A stretch of DNA of 64,000 bases from Ginglymostoma cirratum (lineage: Eukaryota): NCBI GenBank assembly GCA_024137785.1, contig JAHRHZ010000003.1, forward strand, positions 6,696,657-6,760,656, written 5' to 3'. A program made the translations under genes and the position numbers. The stretch's first letter is position 1. Every line of letters begins with the position of its first letter. Below, piece after piece: positions 1 to 12,612 of the stretch. A model generated the notes under the pieces. That model did not search any database. It saw only the letters and a list, made by a program, of their open reading frames with translations, and was not told where the DNA came from.

Positions 1-871
1 CAGGTGCTGCCTGGCTTGCTGCATTCTTCCAGCCTCCTGTTTGTCTATCCCAAAGAATGACGATGACTTGGATTTATGTAGTTCAAAATCCCAATGCAAC
101 ATCACAGGATCATGAACAGAGAACTTTTGGCCAAGATTTTAGTATTTCAAAGCCAGACATAATAGGACCTGTGCTCAGATGATTGATCAAAAGGTGGGGG
201 GGGGGTGGGGTGGTTTAAGGACCATGTTAGAAAGCAGAGAGGTAGAAATGATTAGAGGGGTAAATTTCAGAGCTCAGAGCTGAGGTATTTGAAGGCATGA
301 TCATCATCAGTGGTATGGTGATAAATATCAGGGATGCACAAGAACACATCTTCAGAGAGTTGGAAGAGGTTAGAGTCTATGAGGGACCATAAAGGGATTT
401 AACAACGAGGATTAGAATTCTAAGTTTGGTGACATTGCCCAATGTAGGCGAGCGAGTACAGGCAAATGGGATGTGGTCAGTCACAACAGGGCATGTATTT
501 TGGAGGGACTGAAGTTTATGACACTCAGAATCTGGGAAGCAGGCCAGGAGTGTATCAGAATAATTGAGTCTGAGTAAGCCTCCATGTTAACTCTTTATGT
601 CCTCTTACCCACCAATACCTCAACCGGACCATGAGCAGCGTGGCCACTTCTGACTTGCCTTTGCAGAAAAAGATAGGTCCAAACTTGTATCCACTATAAA
701 TGAAACACATTAAACTCAACCAACACCATGGTATATAATGTCTACAACTTGCCCAGACTCATCTTGCTTTGTACGTTGAGCTTGCCCTAAAGTCTTCTAG
801 CTGGAACACAAATGCACACACACACACAGGAAGAAAGTACACTGAAGGACATTTCTCACAGAAATCAAGCG

Positions 872-877
872 TTTATT
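872..877 (-). terminator. Polyadenylation signal AATAAA (CPEB)
   Basis: tttatt on +; GT-rich sequence (tgtgtgtg) follows on the minus strand at ~815-830. Confidence 0.6.
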
Positions 878-3875
878 TGGCAAATTCTCATTGTCAAACA
901 ATATACCTCAGACCTCATACATTTTTAATTTTACAGTGTGCCATACTGTTTTATATATATATTTATATATATTTATATATGTTATCTCCCAACTAAACTA
1001 AAAGATAAATTATCTGTCAGTCTTTGCAGAACCGAAATATACTTATTTTAGAGAAAAAAAATAAGATTTTAAAATTGAAAAAAAAAACTGAGGTATCTAC
1101 TAGATATCTACAGAGTCACATGTCCATGTTTAACATTACATACAAGCATTAGTAATAGAAAACATCACTGGACATTAAAGTTGCGATACAAAAATACAAA
1201 AATCATGTGACTCTTTAGTAGAAAAAGCAGCATCTCATTTTTTTGATTTATATATTTTCTTTACAAAACTGCTAAAATCTAGTTCAAGTGTCAATTATAC
1301 CAAACACTGGTAGTTCAGTTAAGGTGGTGGCAGGGGTTTGAATTATTAGATTAATGCAAGAGCAGATACACCAGCTGTTGTACAAGAAATATTACACTTT
1401 CCCTGTTCCCTTCTACATCTCCTCCCCCAAAATCTTCCAATTACTTTTCAAGCCTTATCCACCCCCCCACAATTTATGATACTTTTGCCTCACCACCTCG
1501 GAACCACCAACACGTACCCGCTCCTTCAGTCCGATTCCCAACAACTGCGGGATGCCAACTGTGATCACAGAACACGTGTATATGCCTCATAGAGGCCACT
1601 CGACATGTCACCATGTGTGTCCACCACCTCTGCAGACTCAACATGGCAACCCACCCTTGGCAACTGTCTTCTGTGACCATTACTCAGCCCCTTCGATACA
1701 ATGGATAGACCGCACCTCGCTCAGCCTGATGTTCTGCTCATCCCCTCTGTCACACGTACCGCCACAACAGGTACTCCAGACATCAGCTCGATCTGCAGCT
1801 GCCTTGTCCAAGACCAGAAAAGCTCAATAAAATGTACTAATACGCCCACCTCTCATCTTTAATGGATTGCACTGCTTGGTCTAATCTGTTGCTTCATGAT
1901 GAAGTTCCTCCATCTCAACAGACCAAGGCGGGGAGAAGAAAAACAGATGCAAGCAATCTCTCACTGCCCATCCAGAAAAATCTCTCGAACTGAATCTAAT
2001 TTGGGCTACCATTTGACTCGGACGATCAGGTGGATATACTTCCCATATTTCTAGGAACCACCTTACCTGAAAGTGTCTCACAAACCTCTTTTTTAAAATG
2101 AGAAAACACCCTTCTGGTCAGACGAAACGAAAGGAACATTGATAAACAAATAAACTCTCAGCCTCGATGACGGATGCTTGGCATCTCTGTTTTTATTTCT
2201 GTCAGGACATTCGATCAGAAACGTGCGTGTCTGTGTGCGTGTCGGGGAGAGAGAGACTATGCACTCACAGTTGTCACAGTGCAGAAAGGATACAAACGGT
2301 ACGTGCACAGCGCTGCATTGAGCAGGGGCTGACTGTCGAACAGAGGCATTGGTGGCAGCTTTTCAAGGGCTCATGTGACAGAGAAAGGTAGACAGTAGAA
2401 TGGAGCCATAACCAAGTAACTGATCCCAACACACTTTCTACATTGGCAGTACTTAGATAGCCTAATGTTTAAGTGAAGAACAAAACTCCAACGAACAAAG
2501 GGATAAGTTAACAAACAGCATGCATGTCCTTGCACTCAGATAAAAGTAAGGTGGTTTCACTGTGTTACTGTTTTGTGTTGGCGTGTGGTGTGGTGATGGG
2601 ATGAGAAAGTGGTAAAATGCTGTTTGTGCTATATAGAATCAACATGACATTCATTTCCTAACACGTGCAGCCAATTCCTGGGCTCATGTTCTTTTTGCTC
2701 CAACAATATGTCCATGAGAGTGATCTTCCAAATGAACCAGCGAATTACAATCCACAACATGCTACTTGACCACACAATTGTACTGTGGCTAACCTTCCCT
2801 GAAGCCAGACAACAAGGGGTGGTGAGCACAAGGAGGACCCCTGACTTGTCTCTTGCCTTCCCTATATGCCAGGATTGCTTTGGATACAAATCTCGGATCG
2901 ACACAGGGAAGCCAGGCCTTCCATGATCGACTCAACAACGACAACACACTGTGAAACATAACAAAGGCTGCTCAAATAAGTCCAAGCTAAGGAAGGTTCA
3001 GTTGTCCTGGTCGCAGGATGCAGGCCTTGTGTTGGGGAACGAGCAATGTGAGTGGGGCTGTGTGGGAGAGAGGGTGTACTTGGTTGAGTCAAAACTGAAC
3101 CACCGAACAGCACAATTCTTGCTGATGGCTAGAGCTGGGAGAGGGGATTCAGAAGGGGCTGAAGTGGGCTTCACCACCTCCCGACAGAAACATTGCATTG
3201 GACACAACACCAACCAGAGGATGTGGTTAAGGGAGCACTCCTCTCTATATCCACACTCCACCCAAGTATAAAGCGAAGCCTCAGTACGAGGACAGACCCA
3301 AGGCTCATCTGATGATGAGGTGGCAAGGTACACTGTCCGAGATTGGATTGAAATAAGCCAGTGAAAGGTGAAACAAAAAGTACCTCCTGGTGCTTGGGAG
3401 AGTTGGGAGGAAGGTTCGTTATGAGCTGCTGAAGACCAACCCAGAGACTTGTAGGGAATTCTTCAAGTAATATTCAGCACTGTGGAAGGAACTGTGCCAA
3501 AAAGGTGGGCAGCAGAAAAGAGAATGCATTAAAAATTCAGCCATGAAACTCAAACTATGCTCAATAAAGAAGTGATGAACTGGGAAGCAGACACCCATTT
3601 TAGCTGCCAAATTGAGAGTAAGCTAGGAAAAAATAAACATTGTGTCCAACAGAACTAACAATGGGCATTCGCACAAAGTGTGTCACCTAGATTGCACGCA
3701 CCAGCTTCCATGGCAGTCCCCTCCTCTCATCCTGCATCAGTGGCACAGTTCCACAAGGCTGTTTGCTTCACACTTTCATAACAGATATGACTCAGAGCCT
3801 CTGTGTCTTATGTTGCTGCTCTCTTATCCTGTGGGGCTGTCATGCTGTGACATTAAGTAGGCTGGAAAAGGAGAA

Positions 3876-3899
3876 CCCTAACCCTAACCCTAACCCTAA
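3876..3899 (-). repeat. (TTAGGG)4 telomere-type repeat in the putative CPEB 3'UTR
   Basis: Four perfect ccctaa units on +. Confidence 0.9.
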
Positions 3900-5772
3900 T
3901 GCAGAGTGCACAGGGACCAAACACTCACAAAGTGAAGATCATTCTGCTAAAAGTACACGGCTGCAGTCTGAAATAGGTGGATATTGCTCCAATTACCAGC
4001 CTCACTGCATTAAACCAAAAACCACAGAAAAGATGTGATCAAGAGGTCAGTGGCAACACAATGCTTGTCCCAAGATGACATTACAGGCAAAGACCAGCCA
4101 AGTGATTGCACAATAGCGTCAACTCTTCCAAAACAGTTGAGCAGAAAGACGGGTGAAGGTATGCACTCCAAAGACCTAATCTGTAACTAACACAGAATCT
4201 TGTGTTTTTGTTTGTTCCCAGAGGAGCTTTATTCATCATTGACCATCCAAGAACACCTTTTGGATTCTGCCCTCAGCAAAGGGATGGATGCTAACTGATG
4301 AGGAACAGACACGTCCCATTTCAGGCTCTGAGCATCAACAGCAAGCCCGACCAGGTGGAACATCTACAGAGTGAAATGCCCCTCTTCTGCCCCAGAAGGG
4401 CTCCAGTCCTATGCCAACTGCGTGCCACAACAGCAGATGTGTGGTCTGGGGCTCAGATATCCTTGGAACTGAACTGAGATTGTCTCAGCTCAGTCTGCGC
4501 AGGGGCCTCATAGCCAAATAAAACGGGAAGACGCATGACATGAATGAACATAACACGGCATCCAGTTCCCTTCAATTTCAGATTTGATCTATTTTTCTCA
4601 CAAGTGCTACTGCCCTATCCTGGGCAGAAGTATCTTTGGGAAGATGACTCAAGATGGCCAACTAGTTCGCCTGACAAACTGCTCAAGTAGTGTAAACATC
4701 TTAATCACTGCTGAATACATTCAAAATTCTGGATTTTTTTTTTAAGATCAGGCAACTGATCCCTGTACAAGCAGAAGTACACAGATTTCAATCATTAAAC
4801 CAGAAGATGTGAACACAAGTCATGGAGACTCCAGTTTATCCGTCCTCACCCTTCATGTCCTGAATCTTGAACATGTTCTGACAGCTTTCATAGCACACCC
4901 CACAAAACTGGCCAAAATGCCCAACTGAGACAGATGTCAGCATCTGGGAAAGGTGTTGCAAGCAAGCCTATTTCCCCACCTGAAACCCGGACCCTGCACA
5001 CAGCAGCAGACTCCAGCGACAACCAGAAACCTCAAGACGTGACACTGCTCCCGAATTCCTGCGTCAGAGCAACCAAAACGAGACTTGCTGACTCAGCAGA
5101 AGCCAGGGGAGGTAGATGCGTGAGAGCGGATCAGTAACGGACAGACTTGTGCGCTTGTACAACCATGGGCTGTCAGGAGATCTGTCACTCAGAAGGACTT
5201 AGTTTCATCTTCGCCGGGTCAGCCATCCCAGCTGTCAACAATCACCTGAGCACTGCAGCGTCACAGCATACTATATTTCCATACCACTTTTGATCAATGC
5301 ATGCACTCTGGCACTAGCGGACCCTTCACTCAACAGCACAATTCATGCCCACCATATCACCCCCCTCCCAACCCCCATCACCCCAGAACACTCATTAACC
5401 CCACCCTGTACCCAGAATCACTCTGCTTGGTGCATTCAATTAAATCCCTCACCCCTGACCAAAATAAAAAGAAGAAAAAAATTTCATCGGTGGAGGACTA
5501 CAAAAAAAAACACTATTACACCTTCATTTTATACATCTGCACTAACAAGATGGGTGAACAGGCAAAGCCAGATTTTTTTTTTATCCTTTTTCTAAAAAAA
5601 AAACAAAAGATATACTGGGTTGGAAATTCTGTGCACAAACACTTCTAGATAAAGGAACGGCAGGTTAACAAATAGCCACTAAATATCGATTCGTGGGTCC
5701 CGCAAATTGGTGCCCTTCTTTCCCAAAAAGGGGGGGAAAAAAGAGAAAGAGAGAGACAGAGACGGGCCATGC

Positions 5773-6000
5773 TCAGCTCCAGCGAAACGGTAGCTGTCGC
5801 AGCCTCTCCCCGCCCTCCTTCACCAGCGGCTTGTGGTATTCGCGACCAGCCTGGGAATGGATGCTCGTCCAGCAGTAGTCACAGTAGTACTGCAGGCAGG
5901 TGATGTTGGCGCAGAAGAAAGGGGCAAATTTGCCGTTGCAGTGGGCGCCCTGGCATTCGTCGCACAGCTGGTCCACCAAGACGTACGGCTTCACCTCCAC
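5773..6000 (-). CDS. CPEB2/3/4-like: CPEB final coding exon (ZZ-type zinc finger, ends ...PFRWS*)
   Basis: ccag acceptor at 6001-6002; VEVKPY...CDEC...C...C..C....C..CW..IH...H pattern; TGA at 5773-5775. Confidence 0.97.
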   Translation of the reverse strand: MEVKPYVLVDQLCDECQGAHCNGKFAPFFCANITCLQYYCDYCWTSIHSQAGREYHKPLVKEGGERLRQLPFRWS

Positions 6001-7121
6001 CTGGCCAGTGAGAGAAAGCAGAGGGAGTCAGCAGTGTCTCTTCTCACCCACTGTTTCTCACCCTACCTGAACATCCCTTCGACTGAAAACACCACCTCTG
6101 GTCATTACTGTTTTGAGAGAAAGAGGGAAAAAAAAAGAATGGCGACAGGACGTGGCATCTCCAGTTGCACTCGAGAAGGTAACGTTAAGTTTCCTTCTGG
6201 AATGCAAGGACAAGGCACCTCATTTAAGGGGATCAAACATTACGTGCGGGTCAGACAGGTTAAGGATGGCACTTCCCTCTCTCTTATGAAAGCAACAGTG
6301 AATCAAATGGATATTTTTACGACAACCTAGATCATTTCAAAGTCACCATTACCATGCTTTTGTCATTGCTTTCAATTCACTCGTGGGACACGGGGTCATC
6401 GCTAGCTCAGCCAACATTTATTGCCCATCCCTTGCTGCCCTGGAGATGGCGGTGGTGGGATGCCTTCTTGAGTAGCTGCAGTCCTTGGGGTGAGAGAACA
6501 CCCAAAGTGCTGTCAGGGAGAACGTTCTGTGATTTTGACCCAGTGACAGGAAAGGTACGACGATATGTTTCCAAGCTAGAGTGGTGCATGGCCTGGAAGG
6601 GAACTTATAAGGCAGTGGTGTTCCCATGTATCTGCTGCCCTTTTCCGTCCAGGTTGAAGTGGTCATGGGTTTGGAAGATGGTATCTAAGGAGCTTCAGTG
6701 AAAGAAAAAATCAATCATGTTGGCCCATAAAATGAACCAGGTTGTCATAAGAATGGTCATGAGATCATGTTTTAACTTCCAATTCCAAATTTATTTACTG
6801 CAAAGTCGCAGCTGGTGTAGTAAGATTTAACATTTTGTCTCATTACCCCTACTTCAAGCCTCTGGATTAAGGTTTGAGTTCAGGTCTCACCCTGAGGTTT
6901 GAGTGTGTAATATTAAGGCTGAAAGTCAACTCAGGGACAGGACTGAGGGAGCACTGCACTGCCAGAGGTGCTGGCTTTCAGTGGAGACATTAAACTGAGG
7001 TCCCAATAGCCTCATTGGGTGAATATTAAACATCCGACAGTACCATTTCAAAAAGAAAGCCTGGTCACCTTTCCAACATCCATCCCTCAATCAGCACTGC
7101 AAAAATACACTATTTTGTCAT

Positions 7122-7418
7122 TGTTCATGATATGCATGAACGCCAGCAGCACAGGAATGTTAGCCTGCGATCTGACATAACTAAATTAAAATCACTCCAA
7201 GGAGGCAGGTATGCCATCACCAAGTCACCCTTTCTTTACATATGGTTAGTACATGGGCTCTGATCAGCCAGCTCAGAGCCAGACCCTACACTGAGGAGAC
7301 CTTCTGAATCTCTTGTTCATATCAGTCAGCCAGGGCTCCCTGATTGGGGCTGTTAACTTGGACCAATCAGGGAACTCATATTCAGTGGATCCACCTGGAC
7401 CTGGTTCCAATCACTACA
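7122..7418 (-). mobile_element. Possible solo LTR
   Basis: TG...CA termini (tgttcatg...atcactaca), internal CCAAT boxes, interrupts a SINE remnant; no clean target-site duplication seen. Confidence 0.35.
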
Positions 7419-9034
7419 TACCTTGTGCACATCTGAGCCTGTAGAGTGATCTCCTCCTAATCTGACCCTAGCACAGGACTATTCCAACAGCAATCACTCA
7501 ATGGACACTTTGCCTGATTGCTCCACTCGAACCAGCGAAGATGAGAAATCATGGTGAATGCAAGACTCTCCACAAGGTGAGCAAGAGTACAGCTGGCCAT
7601 GATCAGAACATCAAATATTTTGCCACACAAATTATTCAACCAGATGGAATGGATGGACATGGTCAACACACATTGCTGTGCATAAAAATCGTAAGTTTTT
7701 GCTGCGGAAATACTTCTGGCCGCAAATCAGTTTCCTTTCCGGTGTTTTCCTTCTGATTTCAACACATGACTGTCCTCGTACACAAACTGGGGCTGCACCG
7801 GTTGCTGCAGCTAGTCAAAAATTAATTCCTCAAGACACAAGGACCTAATCAGAGGCTGCACTAAAAAGGTACCCACCAGAGGGCAGTCTGTACCAGCAAA
7901 GAACCGACAGGTGCCAAATGCTTGTGCTCATTCTAACTGACATTTCTTTCACATACGTAACTCCTTATCTAGACTCTCAAAATTTCAGGGTCCTTCAATA
8001 TAGGGCTCCAGTGAAGTGTAGGCAAACAGCAACCATTATGATCACAGTCGCAACCAACCATCAAGGGGAAAATTGCCTGAGTTTGACCTATTTTCTTCTT
8101 AAAAATGGAGCCTGAGGCATTCACACCTCCCATGTTTTCAAATCCATACACACTGTCTTTACCAAACGCCATAACCTGTGAATCAGCATCTTGATAGAAG
8201 TACAAGTCACCACAGAAGATTAGCCTGTGCTCTCTACTGCCCTCACATGGCAGCCTGCACAGGATGCTAAGATTCTGGACCTGCCCTGGAAATCTCAATC
8301 CTTTTGGCTTTGAAGACTAAGGAATTGGTCACAGAACCAGGCTGATGGAGAGTGGAGGGCCAGAGAAAAATTATTGTGTGGAAGCAGGTCACCATACGGA
8401 TAGGTTCTTAAGCTGCGTTGTGATTCAGGAGTTTAACAACAGCTGCAACTTGACCAACACTTCTATCTCACCCACCAAAATAAGACAATCGTTTGTTTTG
8501 CAAACTGACCAATTTGGGAACTATCCGAGAAACCAGCAGGGCTGAAGGAGGCCATTCAACCCATCATGTCTGTGCCAGCTCTTTGGCAGAGACATCCAGT
8601 TAATCTCAGTCACACAGTCTCAGCTCACAACCCTGCCACTTCTACCTACTTGAAGTTTAAATCCTATCCACTTTTGAACAATGTAATTTCAACTTGCTTG
8701 TGCCATGCACTCAGCCAGAGCAAAGGGAATTATACTGAGCCTGCGTCAAAGCAGCTACGTCACAGTCGGTTCAGATCACATGCAAACAGTGTGTGGGTTT
8801 GTCAGGCTCCAGATAGGATATCCAATCTTACCATCTGTTTTCAATAAAGCTTGCCGCTGTTGTCTCAGAAAAAATGTGAATCTCACCCTGCTACTTTAGC
8901 ACCTCGTCTTGATCTGTCACTATACTGCTCAGTTGCTCACTACCCACATTTTCAACTGGATCATTGGTCAAGGCAGAAGCCAATGGTGACAAATTAAAAA
9001 TGGACTAATTTAGTACCTCTGCTGTAGACTTTGC

Positions 9035-9370
9035 AGCAAGGTGGATCAGTGGTGAGCACTGCTGCCTCACAGCATCAGGGACCCAGGTTCAATTCCACCC
9101 TCAAGCGACTGTCTGTGTGGAGTCTGCACATTCTCCCCATGTCGGCGTGGGTTTCCTCTGGATACTCCGGTTTCCTCCCACAGTCGGATTAGGTGGATTG
9201 GCCATACTAAATTGCCCATAGTGCCTAGGGATGTGCAGGCTAGGTGGGTCAGCCATGGAACATATGGGGTTACAGGGATAGGGTAAGGGAATGGATCTGG
9301 CCGGGATGCTGTTCAGAGGGTCAGTATGGACTTGATTGCCTGAATGGCCTGATTCCACACTACAGGGAAG
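9035..9370 (+). mobile_element. tRNA-derived HE1/V-SINE-like element
   Basis: A-box/B-box-like head (cagtggtgagcact...ggttcaattcc) followed by the tgtgtggagt..gcacattctcccc..gtgggtttcctc core. Confidence 0.8.
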
Positions 9371-9831
9371 CTACGAATTTATGATTGGCTTGAAGAGAAA
9401 AGTCCTCATCGCCCCATCTGGATTTTTCCACCGCACAGTGGAAACTGTTCCCCTAGCCCCCCTTTCCCCATTATTTTCTCTGTCAGCCCATATGCCATTC
9501 AATTGAGTTCCGATCTAGCCTCATAGGAACATAATTGATCTAGTATTTCAAACAGTAATAGAGGGATTCCATGCAATTCGGATCAATATTAAGTCGGTAA
9601 AGGATAAAAATCAGTCAAGGATTCAGATCACAAATTAAAAAAAGGCAGATTTTAGCAGGCTAAAGATTGAATTGCAGCAGGTTGATTGTAAATGCCTTCT
9701 GGTAGATAAAACAGTGGATGGAAAATAGGAGACTTCTAAAAGAGAGATGAATAAATAACAACAATAGAAATCAGGAAGAGTATCTCAAATCCAGGCCAGA
9801 AGCAAAGGCTAAAATAAGGAAGGCTAAGATG

Positions 9832-12612
9832 CGTATAGGAGTTGGGAAGTCATGCTGAGGTTTTACAGGACGTTGGTGAGGCCCCTTCTGGAGTACTGTG
9901 TCCAGTTCTGGTCACTGAGTTATAGGAAGGATATTATTAAGCTAGAGAGGATTCAGAAGAGATTTACCAGAATGTTGCTGGGTATAGAAGGTTCGAGTTA
10001 TAAAGAAAGGCTGGATAGGTGGGATTTTTTTCATTGTAGCGTAGGAGGTTGAGAGTTGACCTTAAAGATGTTTATAAAATCATGAAGGGTATAGATAGCA
10101 TTACTGGTAGGTGTCGTTGAGGAAAGGACGGCAAAGATGATTCTGGATAGGAGCGAAAGTAACAGGGTAGTTGTTATGGGGGACTAACTTTCCAAATATT
10201 GACTGGAAACGCTATAGTTCGAGTACTTTAGATGGGTCAGTTTTTGTCCAGTGCGTGCAGGAGGGTTTCCTGACACAGTATGTAGATAGACCAACAAGAG
10301 GCGAGGCAACATTGGATTTGGTACTCGGTAATGAACCAGGCCAGGTGTTAGAATTGGAGGTAGGTGAGCACTTCGGTGATAGTGACCACAATTCGGTTAC
10401 GTTTACTTTAGCGATGGACTTTAGGAGGGACCTAAAAAGAGAGCTAAGAATAGCCAGGAGGGGACATGAGAAGTCTTTGGTGGGTAGGATCAAGGAAAAC
10501 CCTAAAGCTTTCTATAGGTATGTCAGGAACAAAAGAATGACGAGAGTAAGATTAGGGCCAGTCAAGGACAGTAGTGGGAAGTTGTGCGTGGAGTCCGAAG
10601 AGATAGGAGAGGCGCTAAATGAATATTTTTCGTCAGTATTCACACATGAAAAAGACAATGTTGTTGAGGAGAATGCTGAGATACAGGCTATTAGACTAGA
10701 CAGGATTGAGGTTCATAAGGAGGAGGTGTTAGCAATTCTGGAAAGTGTGAAAATAGATAAGTCCCCTGTGCCGGATGGGATTTATCCTAGGATTCTCTGG
10801 GAAGCTAGGGAGGAGATTGCAGAGCCTTTGGCTTTGATTTTTATGTCGTCATTGTCTACAGGAATAGTGCCAGAAGACTGGAAGATAGCAAATGTTGTCC
10901 CCTTGTTCAAGAAGGGGAGTAGAGACAACCCTGGTAATTATAGACCAGTGAGCCTTACTTCGGTTGTGGGTAAAGAGTTGGAAAGGATTATAAGAGATCG
11001 GATTTATAATCATCTAGAAAGGAATAATTTGATTAGGGATAGTCAACACGGTTTTGTGAAGGGTAGGTCGTGCCTCACAAATCCTATTGAGTTCTTTGAG
11101 AAGGTGACCAAATAGGTGGATGAGGGTAAAGCGGCTGATGTGGTGTATATGGATTTCAGTAAAGCGTTTGATAAGGTTCCCCACGGCAGGCTATTGCAGA
11201 AAATACGGAGGCATGGGATTGAGGGTGATTTAGCAGTTTGGATCAGAAATTGGCTAGCTGTAAGAAGACAGAGAGGGTGGTGGTTGATGGGAAATGTTCA
11301 TTCTGGAGTTCAGTTACTAGTGGTGTACTGCAAGGATCTGTTTAGGGGCCACTGCTGTTTGTCATTTTTATAAATGACCTGGATGAGGGCGTAGAAGGAT
11401 GGGTTAGTAAATTTGCGGATGACACTAAAGTCGGTGGAGTTGTGGATAGTGCGGAAAGACGTTGCAGGTTACAGAGGGACATAGATAAACTGCAGAGCTG
11501 GGCTGAGAGGTGGCAAATGGAGTTTAATGCGGAAAAGTGTGAGGTGATTCACTTTGGAAGGAGTAACAGGAATACAGAGTACAGGCCTAATGGTAAGATT
11601 CTTGGTAGCGTGGACGAGCAGAGAGATCTTGGTGGCCATGTGCATAAATCCCTGACAGTTGCCACCCAGGTTGATAGGAAGGCGTACGGTGTGTTAGGTT
11701 TTTTTGGTAGAGGGATTGAGTTTCGGAGCCGTGAGGTCATGTTGCAGCTGTACAAAACTCTGGTGCGGCCGCACTTGGAGTATTGCATGCAGTTCTGGTC
11801 GCCGCATTATAGGAAGGATGCGGAAGCATTGGAAAGAGTGCACAGGAGATTTACCAGGATGTTGCCTGGTATGGCAGGAAGGTCTTATGCGGAAAGGCTG
11901 AGGGACTTGAGTCTGCTTTCGTTCGAGAGAAGGTTAAGAGGTGACTTAATAAAGACATACACGATGATCAGAGGATTAGATAAGGTGGATGGTGAGAGCC
12001 TTTTTCCTCGGATGGTGACAGCTAGCATGAGGGGACATAGCTTTAAATTGAGGGGTGATAGATATAGGATAGATGTCAGAGGTAGGTTCTTTACTCAGAG
12101 AGTAGTAAAGGTGTGGAATGCCCTGCCTGCAACAGTAGTAGACTCGCCAACTTTAAGGGCATTTAAATGGTCATTGGATAAACATATGGATGATAATGGA
12201 ATAGTGTAGGTTAGATGGGCTTCAGATTGGTTTCACAGGTCGGCGCAACATCGAGGACCGAAGGGCCTGTACTGTGCTGTAATGTACTATGTTCTATGTT
12301 CTATGTTCTAGGATAGGGGATTTTAATACTACAGGGCATATTTTTAAGGCGAGGGGAGAGAGATTTAATAAAAGACATGAGGGGCAAATTTTATTACACA
12401 GACGGTGGCGCGGGTGTGGAACGAACTTCCTGAGGAAGTGGTGGATGCGGGCACAGCTAACAACATTTAAAAGACATGTGGATAAGTACATGAGTAGGAA
12501 AGCTTTGAAGGGATATGGGCCAGGAGGAGGCAGATGGGATGAGTTCAGTTTGGAATTATGTTCAGCACCGATGGGTTGGACTGAAGGGCATGTTTCAATG
12601 CTCTCTGACTCT
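9832..12612 (+). mobile_element. CR1 3' fragment split by the younger LINE (9832-10115 and 12311-12612)
   Basis: LVRPLLEYCVQFWS ORF at 9852; the same kind of CR1 3' sequence resumes after the inner element's tail. Confidence 0.8.
10116..12310 (+). mobile_element. Young 5'-truncated CR1-type LINE (end of endonuclease plus reverse transcriptase; disrupted)
   Basis: ORFs 10171-11115, 11116-11373 and 11442-12209 carry SDHN, PGNYRPVSLTS, QHGF, DFSKAFDKV and RPHLEYC motifs; FADD is encoded at ~11412; premature TAG at 11113 and a frameshift; 3' (TTCTATG)n tail at ~12285-12310. Confidence 0.95.

Larger units (their letters stand above)
850..5772 (-). other. Putative long CPEB 3'UTR (~4.9 kb)
   Basis: Largely free of recognisable repeats between the stop codon and an AATAAA at 872-877; AU-rich terminal segment; LINE-like DNA resumes below ~600. 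Confidence 0.6.

Noticed and set aside
9035-9110. tRNA-like sequence
   Set aside because: It is the tRNA-derived head of a SINE, continuous with the SINE body.
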